Shown here: positions 19,230 through 27,511 of the stretch, piece after piece
How the letters are laid out: each line of letters starts with the position of its first letter
How positions within the stretch are numbered: the stretch's first letter is position 1
NCBI GenBank assembly: GCA_003597955.1
Contig: QZJU01000008.1
Coordinates: forward strand, 1-56,129
Length of the DNA: 56,129 bases
Source: Candidatus Parcubacteria bacterium
GTDB taxonomy: Bacteria > Patescibacteriota > Patescibacteriia > PEXW01
Reading direction: 5' to 3'
Notes under the pieces: generated by a model
Seen by the model: only the letters and a program-made list of their open reading frames with translations
What the model was told of the DNA's origin: nothing
The model's database searches: none
Position numbers and translations under genes: made by a program

Positions 19230-20567
19230 ATGAGCTTAATCAATCGTGGCTTTAGAAACGCTTTTCGGAATGTTATCCGGACGGCCTCCATAACTTTCAT
19301 TTTGGCTTTGTCGATAGCCATGTCTTTGATCATGTTGATGTCATTAAAGACCGTGCAAGCGAAGATTGACGAAGTTAAAAGTTCGATTGGCAACACGATT
19401 GTGGTCTCACCCGCCGGCATCCGTGGATTTGAGGGCGGCGGCGAGTTGTTAACCGAAATCGAGGTTTCAAAAATCAGCGCTTTGCTGAACATCAGCAAAC
19501 TTAGCAAGATTTTGAATGCTCGTCTGACCACTGATGACACCAATTTAAAATCCGCCATCGAAGCCGGTTCGTTCGGCCGCCGAACCAGAATTAACGGCGG
19601 CGGTCAAACCCAAGTAAATGCCGACGGCGATTTTACGCCGCCAATAATGCTGACGGGCACCAGTGATTTATCCATCACCTCCAATCTTAATGTGAGCCAG
19701 CTGGAAATTACCCAAGGCGAAAAATTTGACGCCGGCAGTGATCAAAACGTGGCTTTGCTTGGCAAAACAATCGCCGAGAAAAACAGTCTAGTCGTGGACT
19801 CGACCTTTAAGGCTTTTGGCGAAGACATAAAAGTCGCGGGTATTTTCGAGGGCGGAAACACATTCGCAAATGGTTCAGTGCTTATGCCGCTGAAAGCCCT
19901 GCAAAGGCTTTCCGATCAGGTTGATCAAGTTTCCAGCCTGACAGTCCAAACTAATTCAATTGATACGCTTGCCAGCGTTCAAACCGCCATCAAAGCACAA
20001 TTGGGCGATAAAGCCGATGTAATTTCCCAGCAAGAAAATGCCGAGGAAGCCTTGCAGCCTTTGCAAAACATCAAAACAATTTCTTTATACAGCCTGTTTG
20101 GGGCTTTAGTGGCGGGTTCGATTATTATTTTTCTGACAATGTTGATGATAGTCCGTGAGCGCCGCAGAGAAATCGGAGTTTTGAAAGCCATCGGGGCTTC
20201 CAATTTAAAGATCGTGAATCAATTCGTGGTTGAGTCCATGGTTTTGACTTTGATGAGCAGCGTTGTGGGCATGATTTTAGGTGGGATTTTCAACAACCCC
20301 GTGTTAAATGTTTTAGCAAAAAACATTAAGGAGCCCGACCTCGGCTCCTCGTTTGCCGGTCCAGGTTTGGGTCGGGCTATAGTTAGAATTGGAAGCGGTT
20401 TGGTTCCCGGAGTCCAAGACACTTTACGGAACATTCAGGCCGCAGTGGGTTTTGATTTGATTCTTTACGGTTTGCTGGCCGCAATCCTAATCGCGGTTGT
20501 GGGCAGCGCCTTGCCGGCATTTTTAATTTCCAAGGTTCGGCCGGCCGAGGTTATGCGTTCAGAATAG
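19230..20567 (+). CDS. ABC transporter permease, FtsX/MacB type
   Basis: N-terminal TM, large extracytoplasmic domain, three C-terminal TM helices with the VRERRREIGVLKAIGAS motif. Confidence 0.85.
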   Translation: MSLINRGFRNAFRNVIRTASITFILALSIAMSLIMLMSLKTVQAKIDEVKSSIGNTIVVSPAGIRGFEGGGELLTEIEVSKISALLNISKLSKILNARLTTDDTNLKSAIEAGSFGRRTRINGGGQTQVNADGDFTPPIMLTGTSDLSITSNLNVSQLEITQGEKFDAGSDQNVALLGKTIAEKNSLVVDSTFKAFGEDIKVAGIFEGGNTFANGSVLMPLKALQRLSDQVDQVSSLTVQTNSIDTLASVQTAIKAQLGDKADVISQQENAEEALQPLQNIKTISLYSLFGALVAGSIIIFLTMLMIVRERRREIGVLKAIGASNLKIVNQFVVESMVLTLMSSVVGMILGGIFNNPVLNVLAKNIKEPDLGSSFAGPGLGRAIVRIGSGLVPGVQDTLRNIQAAVGFDLILYGLLAAILIAVVGSALPAFLISKVRPAEVMRSE

Positions 20568-20572
20568 AAAAT

Positions 20573-21238
20573 ATGCTTAAAGTTGAAAATCTAAGCAAGG
20601 AATTTCAAAGCGCGGGGCAAAAGGTCGTGGCGGTTAATCAAGTTAGTTTTGAGGTGCCGACCGGAGTTTTTAGCGTCATTATCGGCAAAAGCGGTAGCGG
20701 CAAAAGCACATTACTGGCTTTATTGGGTGCGTTGGATAAGCCAACTTCAGGCTCGATTAAGGTCGACAACGAAGACATTGTTAAAATGGGAGATAAAAAA
20801 CTAATACAGTATCGTCGAAAAAAAATCGGTTTTGTTTTTCAAAACTACAATTTAATTCCCAATTTAAGCGCTGTGGACAATGTGATATTGCCAATGGAGT
20901 TTACGGGCGTAAGTCGGAGTCGGCGGCGCGAAAAAGCCGCCAAGCTATTGGCGCAAGTGGGCATTACGGAAGATAAATTCAACCGAAAGCCCAGCCGGTT
21001 ATCGGGCGGCGAGCAGCAACGTGTGGCCATTGCTCGGGCCTTGGCCAATCAACCCCGCTTGGTTTTAGCGGATGAACCGACTGGAAATTTAGATAGCGCC
21101 ACGGGTGAAGTGATAATTAAACTTTTAAAGCACTTGGCGTACACCAAAGATACCACAATAATTGCGGTGACCCACGATGACGGCATTGCGAGAGAAGCCA
21201 AGCAGATTTTTCATTTGCAAGACGGCAGCTTGGTTTGA
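20573..21238 (+). CDS. ABC transporter ATP-binding protein (MacB/LolD-like)
   Basis: Walker A GKSGSGKST, signature LSGGEQQRVAIARAL, Walker B LVLADEPTGNLD. Confidence 0.95.
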   Translation: MLKVENLSKEFQSAGQKVVAVNQVSFEVPTGVFSVIIGKSGSGKSTLLALLGALDKPTSGSIKVDNEDIVKMGDKKLIQYRRKKIGFVFQNYNLIPNLSAVDNVILPMEFTGVSRSRRREKAAKLLAQVGITEDKFNRKPSRLSGGEQQRVAIARALANQPRLVLADEPTGNLDSATGEVIIKLLKHLAYTKDTTIIAVTHDDGIAREAKQIFHLQDGSLV

Positions 21239-21257
21239 GCAAAAGGCCCCTTGGAAT

Positions 21258-22151
21258 TTAAGTGTTTTTACTGATCGTCGCTAAGGCGATGGCGGCAATA
21301 AGCGTTATGCAGATGCCGAAATACTGGTGGCGCTGCAGTTTTTCCTTGTTTACGATTATGCCCAGCAAGGCCGCAAGTGCGATATAGCTCTCGGTAATGG
21401 CCACGGTTATGGAAATAGGCAAGACTGTTACCGCGGCGCCGAAGCCGAGCCAGGCAATGTTGTCGAACAGACTCTGGGCCAAAATCGGCCGCCAATGGGT
21501 TTTGGCGATTTTAAAAGTTTCCTTAACTTCTTTTTGAATTAACATCCAGCCCACGCAAAGGAACGCCACGATAGTATGAATGCCCCAAATGGCAAAAAGC
21601 GGGCTGGTTTGTTGGCTTAAGATACCAGTCATTATATTCACCGTGGCGGAAACGATTACGGCAAAAATGGCTAAGAACACGCCGTGTTCCAAAACGCTTT
21701 TTCTTCGGAAAAATTGCCACCAATGCCGTGGCTCGCGTCGAATTACGGTAATTACCAAACCGGCAAAGATTATTGCCGTAAAAATAAATTGCTGTAAATT
21801 TACGACTTCTTTCAGTATCAAAACTCCAATGGCGATGGTGGCCGGCAGTTCAAAACTCATTACCGGCTCGATAACGGAGAGTTTCCCGCGCCCTAAAGAT
21901 TCAAAAAGCAAAACCGCATAGATAAGAGTTACGATTGCGGTCAAAGCGAGAAAAAATAAAATATTGTTTTTCAGAAACACCGAAATGTCCTGCCAGGCAA
22001 AAGGCAAAAGTGCGAGGCAGCCGAGACTGCCGATGAAAAAAAGCGCGGGCACGGCGCCGATCAGACGCACTGAACGCTGTATGGCAAAATCGCCAAAGCC
22101 CCAGGCGATCAACGCGATAAACGCGGCGAGTAAACCAGCAATTTGTTCCAT
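21258..22151 (-). CDS. EamA/DMT family transporter
   Basis: 297 aa, about 10 TM helices arranged as two EamA-like halves. Confidence 0.75.
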   Translation of the reverse strand: MEQIAGLLAAFIALIAWGFGDFAIQRSVRLIGAVPALFFIGSLGCLALLPFAWQDISVFLKNNILFFLALTAIVTLIYAVLLFESLGRGKLSVIEPVMSFELPATIAIGVLILKEVVNLQQFIFTAIIFAGLVITVIRREPRHWWQFFRRKSVLEHGVFLAIFAVIVSATVNIMTGILSQQTSPLFAIWGIHTIVAFLCVGWMLIQKEVKETFKIAKTHWRPILAQSLFDNIAWLGFGAAVTVLPISITVAITESYIALAALLGIIVNKEKLQRHQYFGICITLIAAIALATISKNT

Positions 22152-22283
22152 AACGATTGGTTGAAAGGTTTATGTTTTTTGATTTTTGGATTTCCCTCGC
22201 CGCGGTTTTGGCAGTGAGGCCCTATTTCGCCCTTTTCATTCGGGCATAGAGTATGCTTGAACAAATTTTTTTCTCTGCTCGGG

Positions 22284-22357
22284 TCGGGGTGGCGGGACTT
22301 GAACCCGCGGCCTCATGCACCCCATGCATGCGCGCTAGCCAACTGCGCCACACCCCG
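22284..22357 (-). tRNA. tRNA-Pro (anticodon GGG), no encoded CCA
   Basis: Reverse complement folds as CGGGGTG-TG-GCGC-AGTTGGCTA-GCGC-G-CATGC-ATGGGGT-GCATG-AGGCC-GCGGG-TTCAAGT-CCCGC-CACCCCG-A, a standard cloverleaf with G37. Confidence 0.9.
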
Positions 22358-22750
22358 ACCCGAGCAGAGAAGTGTCTTTGCACCTTTGCGCCACACCCCG
22401 ACCTTAACTCAAAAAAAGCGCTAGACAACCGAGTTTGTCCCGCCGCATGGCAGTTCAATACCCCGATTGATGTCGTAAAATTATTTTACCGCCAAAGCGG
22501 CGGCTTTGTAAATTAGAAAGGCACTGAATTAATGTATAGTGCTTTCCTAATCCAGGAAACCGGCACAAAAAGCGGCGTCATGAGGACCTTTTTGAGTCGC
22601 TGGAGTGCGGGGATGGATGGAACCAAAAGAGAGAAGCCCCGGATGCAGCGAAGCGGAATCCGGGGAGCAGGTTAAATTTGATTTTTTTTGGCATTTTAGC
22701 TAATGTGACGCCGGAAATCGAACATTTTTAACTGAATATGGAGGATCAAG

Positions 22751-23041
22751 ATGACACCCGAAAAGGTTATAGAAGTTATTGGGATCTACCGCCAGCTTTT
22801 TGTTGGAAGGAATATCGGCAAAGTCGATTATCCTCACGACGAAATGCTTGATGGATTAATGCACGACCTCGAACACTGCCACGACATGCTCGACAAGATA
22901 GCCGAGTTTGTCCGTGAAGGACGGATGGAGAAAGCGTTTCGCTGGCTCGGATTTGTTCAAGGAGTTCTTTGGGCGAGCCGAGTTTATTCTCTCACTGATC
23001 TCAAGAATCACAACCGGCCGCTAGAAAAAAAGGAGGATTAA
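22751..23041 (+). CDS. Hypothetical small acidic, His-rich protein
   Basis: 96-aa ORF with a purine-rich stretch (aatatggaggatcaag) before the ATG. Its stop overlaps the next start (TAATG). Third codon positions look more G/C-rich than in neighbours. Confidence 0.55.
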   Translation: MTPEKVIEVIGIYRQLFVGRNIGKVDYPHDEMLDGLMHDLEHCHDMLDKIAEFVREGRMEKAFRWLGFVQGVLWASRVYSLTDLKNHNRPLEKKED

Positions 23042-23610
23042 TGCGTAAAATCGCGGCGAAAAAAATTGTGTATCTGTTGGTCGGCCAGCGCGGGGCGGGC
23101 AAAAGCCATTACGCCAAGCGCCTACTTGCCAAACAGTCCGAGCTCTTGTTTATAAGTCGTGATGAGATTCTCGTGCGTAAGTTCGGCTCCACCGACACGG
23201 ATCCTTACGGAGGCGCGCAGTGGTATGGCCTTGAAGTCATGAATCGTCTCCTTCGTTTCGTGCTCCGAACTCACTCGACGGTCAAGATTGTCCTTGACTG
23301 CTGGACCGGGAGCAGTAAAGAACGAGTCTCGCTTGTTAATAAGCTCCGGGAATTCGGTGCGACTCGGGTTGTAGCCCTCTATTTTGTGACCCCGCGCGAG
23401 ATTGTCAACTCTTGGTTCTGGCTCAAGCCGGGGATCGCTAAGTTGGAAGAGATGGGTAAGCGAAGCGGACGGAATCTTGTGTATTTCTCTGCCGATGCAC
23501 CCTTGCGAGATTACACTGCATTCCATCGACTCGCACAATGCATCAATTCCGATGGCTTTGACCGAGTTATTCGAATCGACCCCCGAAGCGAACCTATAAG
23601 TTTGGATTAA
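23041..23610 (+). CDS. P-loop kinase-like ATP-binding protein (AAA_33 / polynucleotide-kinase-like)
   Basis: Walker A VGQRGAGKSHYA; later SRDE and LDCW motifs in kinase-like order. 189 aa. Confidence 0.6.
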   Translation: MRKIAAKKIVYLLVGQRGAGKSHYAKRLLAKQSELLFISRDEILVRKFGSTDTDPYGGAQWYGLEVMNRLLRFVLRTHSTVKIVLDCWTGSSKERVSLVNKLREFGATRVVALYFVTPREIVNSWFWLKPGIAKLEEMGKRSGRNLVYFSADAPLRDYTAFHRLAQCINSDGFDRVIRIDPRSEPISLD

Positions 23611-23677
23611 AGTCATGAACTCGCAACAAGTTCCGAATGGGGCCGTCATCACCAGTGGCGGCTCCTTTTCTTTTTAA

Positions 23678-23709
23678 AAAAAGCACTAAACAAATGTTTA
23701 GTGCTTTTT
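23678..23709. terminator. Bidirectional terminator hairpin between convergent genes
   Basis: AAAAAGCACTAAACA / TGTTTAGTGCTTTTT palindrome, with an A-run on one side and a T-run on the other. Confidence 0.65.
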
Positions 23710-23718
23710 AGGAGCAGT

Positions 23719-24315
23719 TTATTCCTTTTTAAATTGCGGCGGGCGACCCTCGGGTTTGGGCATTTTGCCAAAACCAAAGACTTTGCTTAACCATTTGCGT
23801 TGATCTTGGTGTTGATAATATTTACACCAAACTCCTAAGTATTGGGCGCTGTCCTGCAAGATACTGCGCTCGATCATAAAATCATTAAAACGGTTCTGCC
23901 ACTCGGATTCCCTCAGCTTAAGTTTTTCTTGAGCAGTATTTTCCCAGGCCGCTTTGGTGATTTCCATTTCCGACTGATTTTTGGCCTGGAGCGCCACCAA
24001 ACTTTGTTCAAGGTCGTTCTTTTGTCTTTCCAAATCTCTACTTAAAGCTCGGACTTCGGTTTGGGATTCCTTAAGCAAACCAATTAAACTGTCGCGGATA
24101 ATCGCGTGTTCCACTCGGGTGTTGACCAAGATAGAATCTTGAGAGGTGATGACCTGTAAGCTGTGTTCAAATTGCCTTTTAGAACTTTCCAGGTCAGCCG
24201 CAAGCCGATTTTTTTCGGTCGAACGAGCGATGAAAAGAATAAAAGTGCTGGTAAAGGCGCCCAGTAAAATCAGGGCAATCCAGAGAAGGACGGTTTGGGC
24301 GGTTTTGTTTGACAT
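23719..24315 (-). CDS. Membrane-anchored coiled-coil protein, unknown function
   Basis: N-terminal TM helix (VLLWIALILLGAFTSTFILFIA) followed by heptad-rich Glu/Gln/Leu sequence. Confidence 0.6.
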   Translation of the reverse strand: MSNKTAQTVLLWIALILLGAFTSTFILFIARSTEKNRLAADLESSKRQFEHSLQVITSQDSILVNTRVEHAIIRDSLIGLLKESQTEVRALSRDLERQKNDLEQSLVALQAKNQSEMEITKAAWENTAQEKLKLRESEWQNRFNDFMIERSILQDSAQYLGVWCKYYQHQDQRKWLSKVFGFGKMPKPEGRPPQFKKE

Positions 24316-24466
24316 TAAAAACCTCCATGAAAAAAGGGTGTTTATTTGTTAAAAATTCAATTTTTATGCCCAAACTTAACACCGCGAATTGTTTTTGTCA
24401 AGTATTTTTTAAAAACAAAAAAGCGCCAGAAGAATTTGTGACGGTCTTTAATAATTTTCAGTTTTT

Positions 24467-24949
24467 TCAGTGATTTTGGTATTTTGGAAACCAAATTATC
24501 TTTACATTATGTTTCAGTATCGTGTCTTTGTCCTTGAACAAAAATTTGCCTTCCACATTTTTGCCCTGCAAAACCAAGGGCAGCCAAAAAATATCATCCG
24601 GCCACATTTCTTTATAGGGAATTTCGCTCAACGCAAACCATTGCGGCCGCATTTCTTCGGTTTCTTTCGGTTCACCATTAAAATGGCCGCAGCTGAACAG
24701 CTTTACTTCCAGAATATCAGCCTGTCCTTCAAATTCAAAAGCCAAAACTCCTCTGGATTTCAAATCCAAAGGGGTCAAACAAGCCTCTTCTAATAATTCC
24801 CGTCGGGCGGCCGCCTCCGGTGTTTCGTCAGCTTTAGCTTTGCCGCCAAAGCCGTTCCAGCGACCAGCGCCAAACCCGCGCTTTTTCATGCCCAATAAAA
24901 TCTGCTCTTGAGTATAGACAAGACACAGGGTTTGGGGGACGGTTGCCAC
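24467..24949 (-). CDS. NUDIX hydrolase (MutT/MTH1-like)
   Basis: Nudix box GGKAKADETPEAAARRELLEEACL. Confidence 0.85.
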   Translation of the reverse strand: MATVPQTLCLVYTQEQILLGMKKRGFGAGRWNGFGGKAKADETPEAAARRELLEEACLTPLDLKSRGVLAFEFEGQADILEVKLFSCGHFNGEPKETEEMRPQWFALSEIPYKEMWPDDIFWLPLVLQGKNVEGKFLFKDKDTILKHNVKIIWFPKYQNH

Positions 24950-24958
24950 GGCTTTAAA

Positions 24959-25141
24959 TTATTTTTTTGCCGCTTGTCTCGCCTCGTTTCGGATGCAGGA
25001 GGTGCAGGCCAGCACGCGCTTGCCGTTTTGGAATAAGGTTTGCAAATTAACGCGCTGACGTTTGATCGTGGCGATGTTGGAGTGGCTGCGCAAATTCGCC
25101 TTTAAAGCGCCCCGACCGCAAATGGAACAAACTCTTGCCAT
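24959..25141 (-). CDS. rpmB: 50S ribosomal protein L28
   Basis: MARVCSICGRGALKANLRSHSNIATIKRQRVNLQ. Confidence 0.9.
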   Translation of the reverse strand: MARVCSICGRGALKANLRSHSNIATIKRQRVNLQTLFQNGKRVLACTSCIRNEARQAAKK

Positions 25142-25206
25142 AAGGTATGATGTAAGGGTAATGTAAAAAAGCTATCATACTTAAACTTTCGTGACAAGTT
25201 AAAAAA

Positions 25207-25842
25207 ATGCTGCCTCTAAATTACTTTTTCGCGGGCCAACCCTTGGAAGCCATTGCCTCACTGCTCGCCATTGTCATTGCCATTACGGTTCACGAATTCA
25301 GCCACGCTTTTGTTTCGTTATTGCAGGGCGATTCCACTGCTGAATTGGAAGGCCGAGTGACTTTAAATCCGCTTTCCCATGTGGATCCTTTCGGGCTTCT
25401 GGCTTTGATTTTTTTAGGTTTTGGCTGGGGCAAACCAGTGCCGTTTAATCCGTATAACTTAAAGTTCAAGCGCTGGGGTCCGGCTTTGGTCTCTTTGGCC
25501 GGCCCGTTTTCAAATTTATTGGGGGTCATTGTTTTTGGCTTAGCCTTGAGGTTGGTTCTGCAGTTTACCGCCCTGCCTCCGGATAATCTGCTCATCACTT
25601 TTTTGTTTTTGCTGGTGGCCTTTAATATCGTTCTGATGATTTTTAACCTTTTGCCGATCCCGCCCTTGGACGGTTCGAAATTGCTGAATCTTTTGCCCCA
25701 GCAGTTCGCTGGTTTGGTTCAGTTTTTCAACAAATACGGCTTTGTCATCTTGATTGCCATCATCATCTTCGGCCAAGGGTATTTAAGCGCGATTTTTAGT
25801 ACGGTGGAAAGAGGGATTTTTAGCCTGATAATTCCAGGTTAA
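25207..25842 (+). CDS. Site-2 protease family (M50) zinc metalloprotease
   Basis: HEFSHA (HExxH) in the first TM region, NLLPIPPLDGSKL motif, multiple TM helices. Confidence 0.85.
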   Translation: MLPLNYFFAGQPLEAIASLLAIVIAITVHEFSHAFVSLLQGDSTAELEGRVTLNPLSHVDPFGLLALIFLGFGWGKPVPFNPYNLKFKRWGPALVSLAGPFSNLLGVIVFGLALRLVLQFTALPPDNLLITFLFLLVAFNIVLMIFNLLPIPPLDGSKLLNLLPQQFAGLVQFFNKYGFVILIAIIIFGQGYLSAIFSTVERGIFSLIIPG

Positions 25843-25878
25843 ACCAAAACCTTAAAGTCCGAATAATGTGGCAAAAGG

Positions 25879-25907
25879 TTGACAATTCATCAGCCTCGTG
25901 TTATTTT
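25879..25907 (+). promoter_or_regulatory. Candidate sigma-70-type promoter of the str operon
   Basis: TTGACA (25879-25884), 17-nt spacer, TATTTT (25902-25907), about 100 nt upstream of rpsL. Confidence 0.4.
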
Positions 25908-26008
25908 TGCAATTACTTAAAACCATTTAATCCCCATATCGAAATTTTCCGAAAGTGGGGCCCAGGATTCCCCGCTTTAATTTTAATTACCAAAACCTAC
26001 AATCTAAA

Positions 26009-26422
26009 ATGCCAACCATTAATCAGTTAGCTAGAAAAGGCCGAAAATCCAAAAAAGCCAAGTCCAAAACCCCGGCTCTGCAACCGGTTTTGAATGCGAT
26101 GAAGCGCTATCGCCACGAACTGCCTATGGGCAGCCCTTTTAAACGTGGAGTATGCGTAAAAGTCACCACTACCACGCCAAAAAAACCGAATTCGGCCTTG
26201 CGAAAAATTGCCCGCGTCAGGCTTTCAAATGGCATGGAAGTGACCGCCTACATTCCGGGTATTGGTCACAATTTGCAAGAACACTCAATTGTTTTGATAC
26301 GCGGCGGCAGGGTTAAAGACCTACCGGGCGTCAGGTACCACATTGTCAGGGGTGTTTATGACACTCAGGGGGTGGCCAACCGCAAACAAGGCCGGAGTCT
26401 TTACGGCTCCAAGAAAGGATAA
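26009..26422 (+). CDS. rpsL: 30S ribosomal protein S12
   Basis: [13 protein letters not shown]...[19 protein letters not shown]...[18 protein letters not shown]. Start trimmed from track 25955 to ATG 26009. Confidence 0.97.
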   Translation: MPTINQLARKGRKSKKAKSKTPALQPVLNAMKRYRHELPMGSPFKRGVCVKVTTTTPKKPNSALRKIARVRLSNGMEVTAYIPGIGHNLQEHSIVLIRGGRVKDLPGVRYHIVRGVYDTQGVANRKQGRSLYGSKKG

Positions 26423-26425
26423 TTT

Positions 26426-26890
26426 ATGCACGGCAAAACCGCACCCAAAAGAAAAGTCCGACCTGATCCGAGGTATCAAAGCCAAGGTTTGGCGAAATTT
26501 ATCAACTATGTCATGGAGCGTGGCAAAAAATCCGTAGCCCAGAAAATAGTTTATGGTGCTTTGGAGCAAGTCGAGAAAAAAACCGGCAAAAAACCCCTGG
26601 ACGCTTTTGACTTGGCCATTCGGAATGTCTCACCGGTTGTGGAAGTTAAATCCCGGCGCGTTGGCGGCGCAAATTACCAAGTGCCGGTTGAAGTCCGCGG
26701 TGAAAGAAAGATGGCTTTGGCTTTTCGGTGGATTTTGGAGGCCGCTCGGAACAAGAAGGGCAGGCCGATGAACGAGAAGCTGGCAAATGAAATTATCGCT
26801 GCCATCAACAACGAAGGCGACGCCATCAAGAAAAAACAGGATGTTCACCGGATGGCTGAAGCTAACCGCGCCTTTGCGCATTTTGCGTAG
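26426..26890 (+). CDS. rpsG: 30S ribosomal protein S7
   Basis: ...[20 protein letters not shown]...ANRAFAHF. Confidence 0.97.
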   Translation: MHGKTAPKRKVRPDPRYQSQGLAKFINYVMERGKKSVAQKIVYGALEQVEKKTGKKPLDAFDLAIRNVSPVVEVKSRRVGGANYQVPVEVRGERKMALAFRWILEAARNKKGRPMNEKLANEIIAAINNEGDAIKKKQDVHRMAEANRAFAHFA

Positions 26891-26893
26891 ACC

Positions 26894-26926
26894 TACGAAT
26901 CTACGAATGCTTACGAATTTACGAAT
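26894..26926 (+). repeat. Four tandem TACGAAT heptamers (left boundary of GxxExxY cassette)
   Basis: TACGAAT at 26894, 26902, 26912 and 26920. Inverted relative to the ATTCGTA array at 27338-27362. Confidence 0.85.
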
Positions 26927-26932
26927 ATTGAG

Positions 26933-27328
26933 ATGGGAGGCGAGTTAAAAAGGAAAGATTTGGTTCATCCGGAGTTAAGTTATAAGGTAATAGGCATATT
27001 ATTTGAGGTTTTTAATGAATTAGGTCCTGGATTGCAAGAGAGGTATTATCAACGTGCTATTGCAGTAAGATTGAAACAGATCAATCTACCATACGCACAA
27101 GAAGTACGAGTTTCTTTAGATTTTAAGGTTGTAAATATTGGTGTATATTATTTGGACTTCTTAATAGAGAATAAAATTATTTTAGAAATTAAGCGTGGCA
27201 ATCGTTTTTTAAGGCAAAATATAGATCAAGTTGTTGGTTATTTAAAAGCATCGAAAAAGAAATTAGGTATTATCGCTAATTTTACAAACCAAGGCGTGAA
27301 ATACAAAAGAATTCTCAATTTATATTAA
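26933..27328 (+). CDS. GxxExxY protein (PD-(D/E)XK nuclease-like family)
   Basis: LVHPELSYKVIGILFEVFNELGPGLQERYYQRAI contains the family-defining G-x-x-E-x-x-Y (GLQERYY). Later DFLIENKIILEIK resembles a D...ExK nuclease core. Confidence 0.75.
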   Translation: MGGELKRKDLVHPELSYKVIGILFEVFNELGPGLQERYYQRAIAVRLKQINLPYAQEVRVSLDFKVVNIGVYYLDFLIENKIILEIKRGNRFLRQNIDQVVGYLKASKKKLGIIANFTNQGVKYKRILNLY

Positions 27329-27337
27329 TTTTCTTAG

Positions 27338-27362
27338 ATTCGTATATTCGTATTTATTCGTA
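27338..27362 (+). repeat. Three ATTCGTA heptamers (right boundary of GxxExxY cassette)
   Basis: ATTCGTA at 27338, 27346 and 27356, the reverse complement of the upstream heptamer. Confidence 0.85.
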
Positions 27363-27376
27363 ATTAGTAGTCATTT

Positions 27377-27508
27377 ATGCCCAGAGAATACAGCCTAGAA
27401 GACACCCGAAACATTGGCATTATCACCCATATTGACGCCGGCAAAACCACCCCGCACCAGTCGCTTCGCTCCGTTGCGGGGCAGGCTAAACTAAGTCTTA
27501 TTAAATAA
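27377..27508 (+). pseudogene. Ghost copy of the fusA 5' end (25 codons) fused to unrelated sequence
   Basis: Encodes [25 protein letters not shown], 24/25 aa identical to the real fusA start at 27512. About 21 of 75 nt differ, almost all synonymous. Homology ends at CCCCGCACCA. Confidence 0.8.
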
Positions 27509-27511
27509 CTT

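Noticed and set aside
22222-22516. ORFs 22222-22458 (-) and 22253-22516 (+)
   Set aside because: Both overlap the tRNA-Pro gene and its flanking hairpin, so the open frames are a by-product of that sequence.
25955-26008. N-terminal extensions given by the ORF track for rpsL (25955), rpsC (34895), the OmpR regulator (17432) and ndk (16760)
   Set aside because: Conserved protein N-termini begin at internal ATGs (26009, 35042, 17480, 16766). The rpsC extension would overlap rplV.
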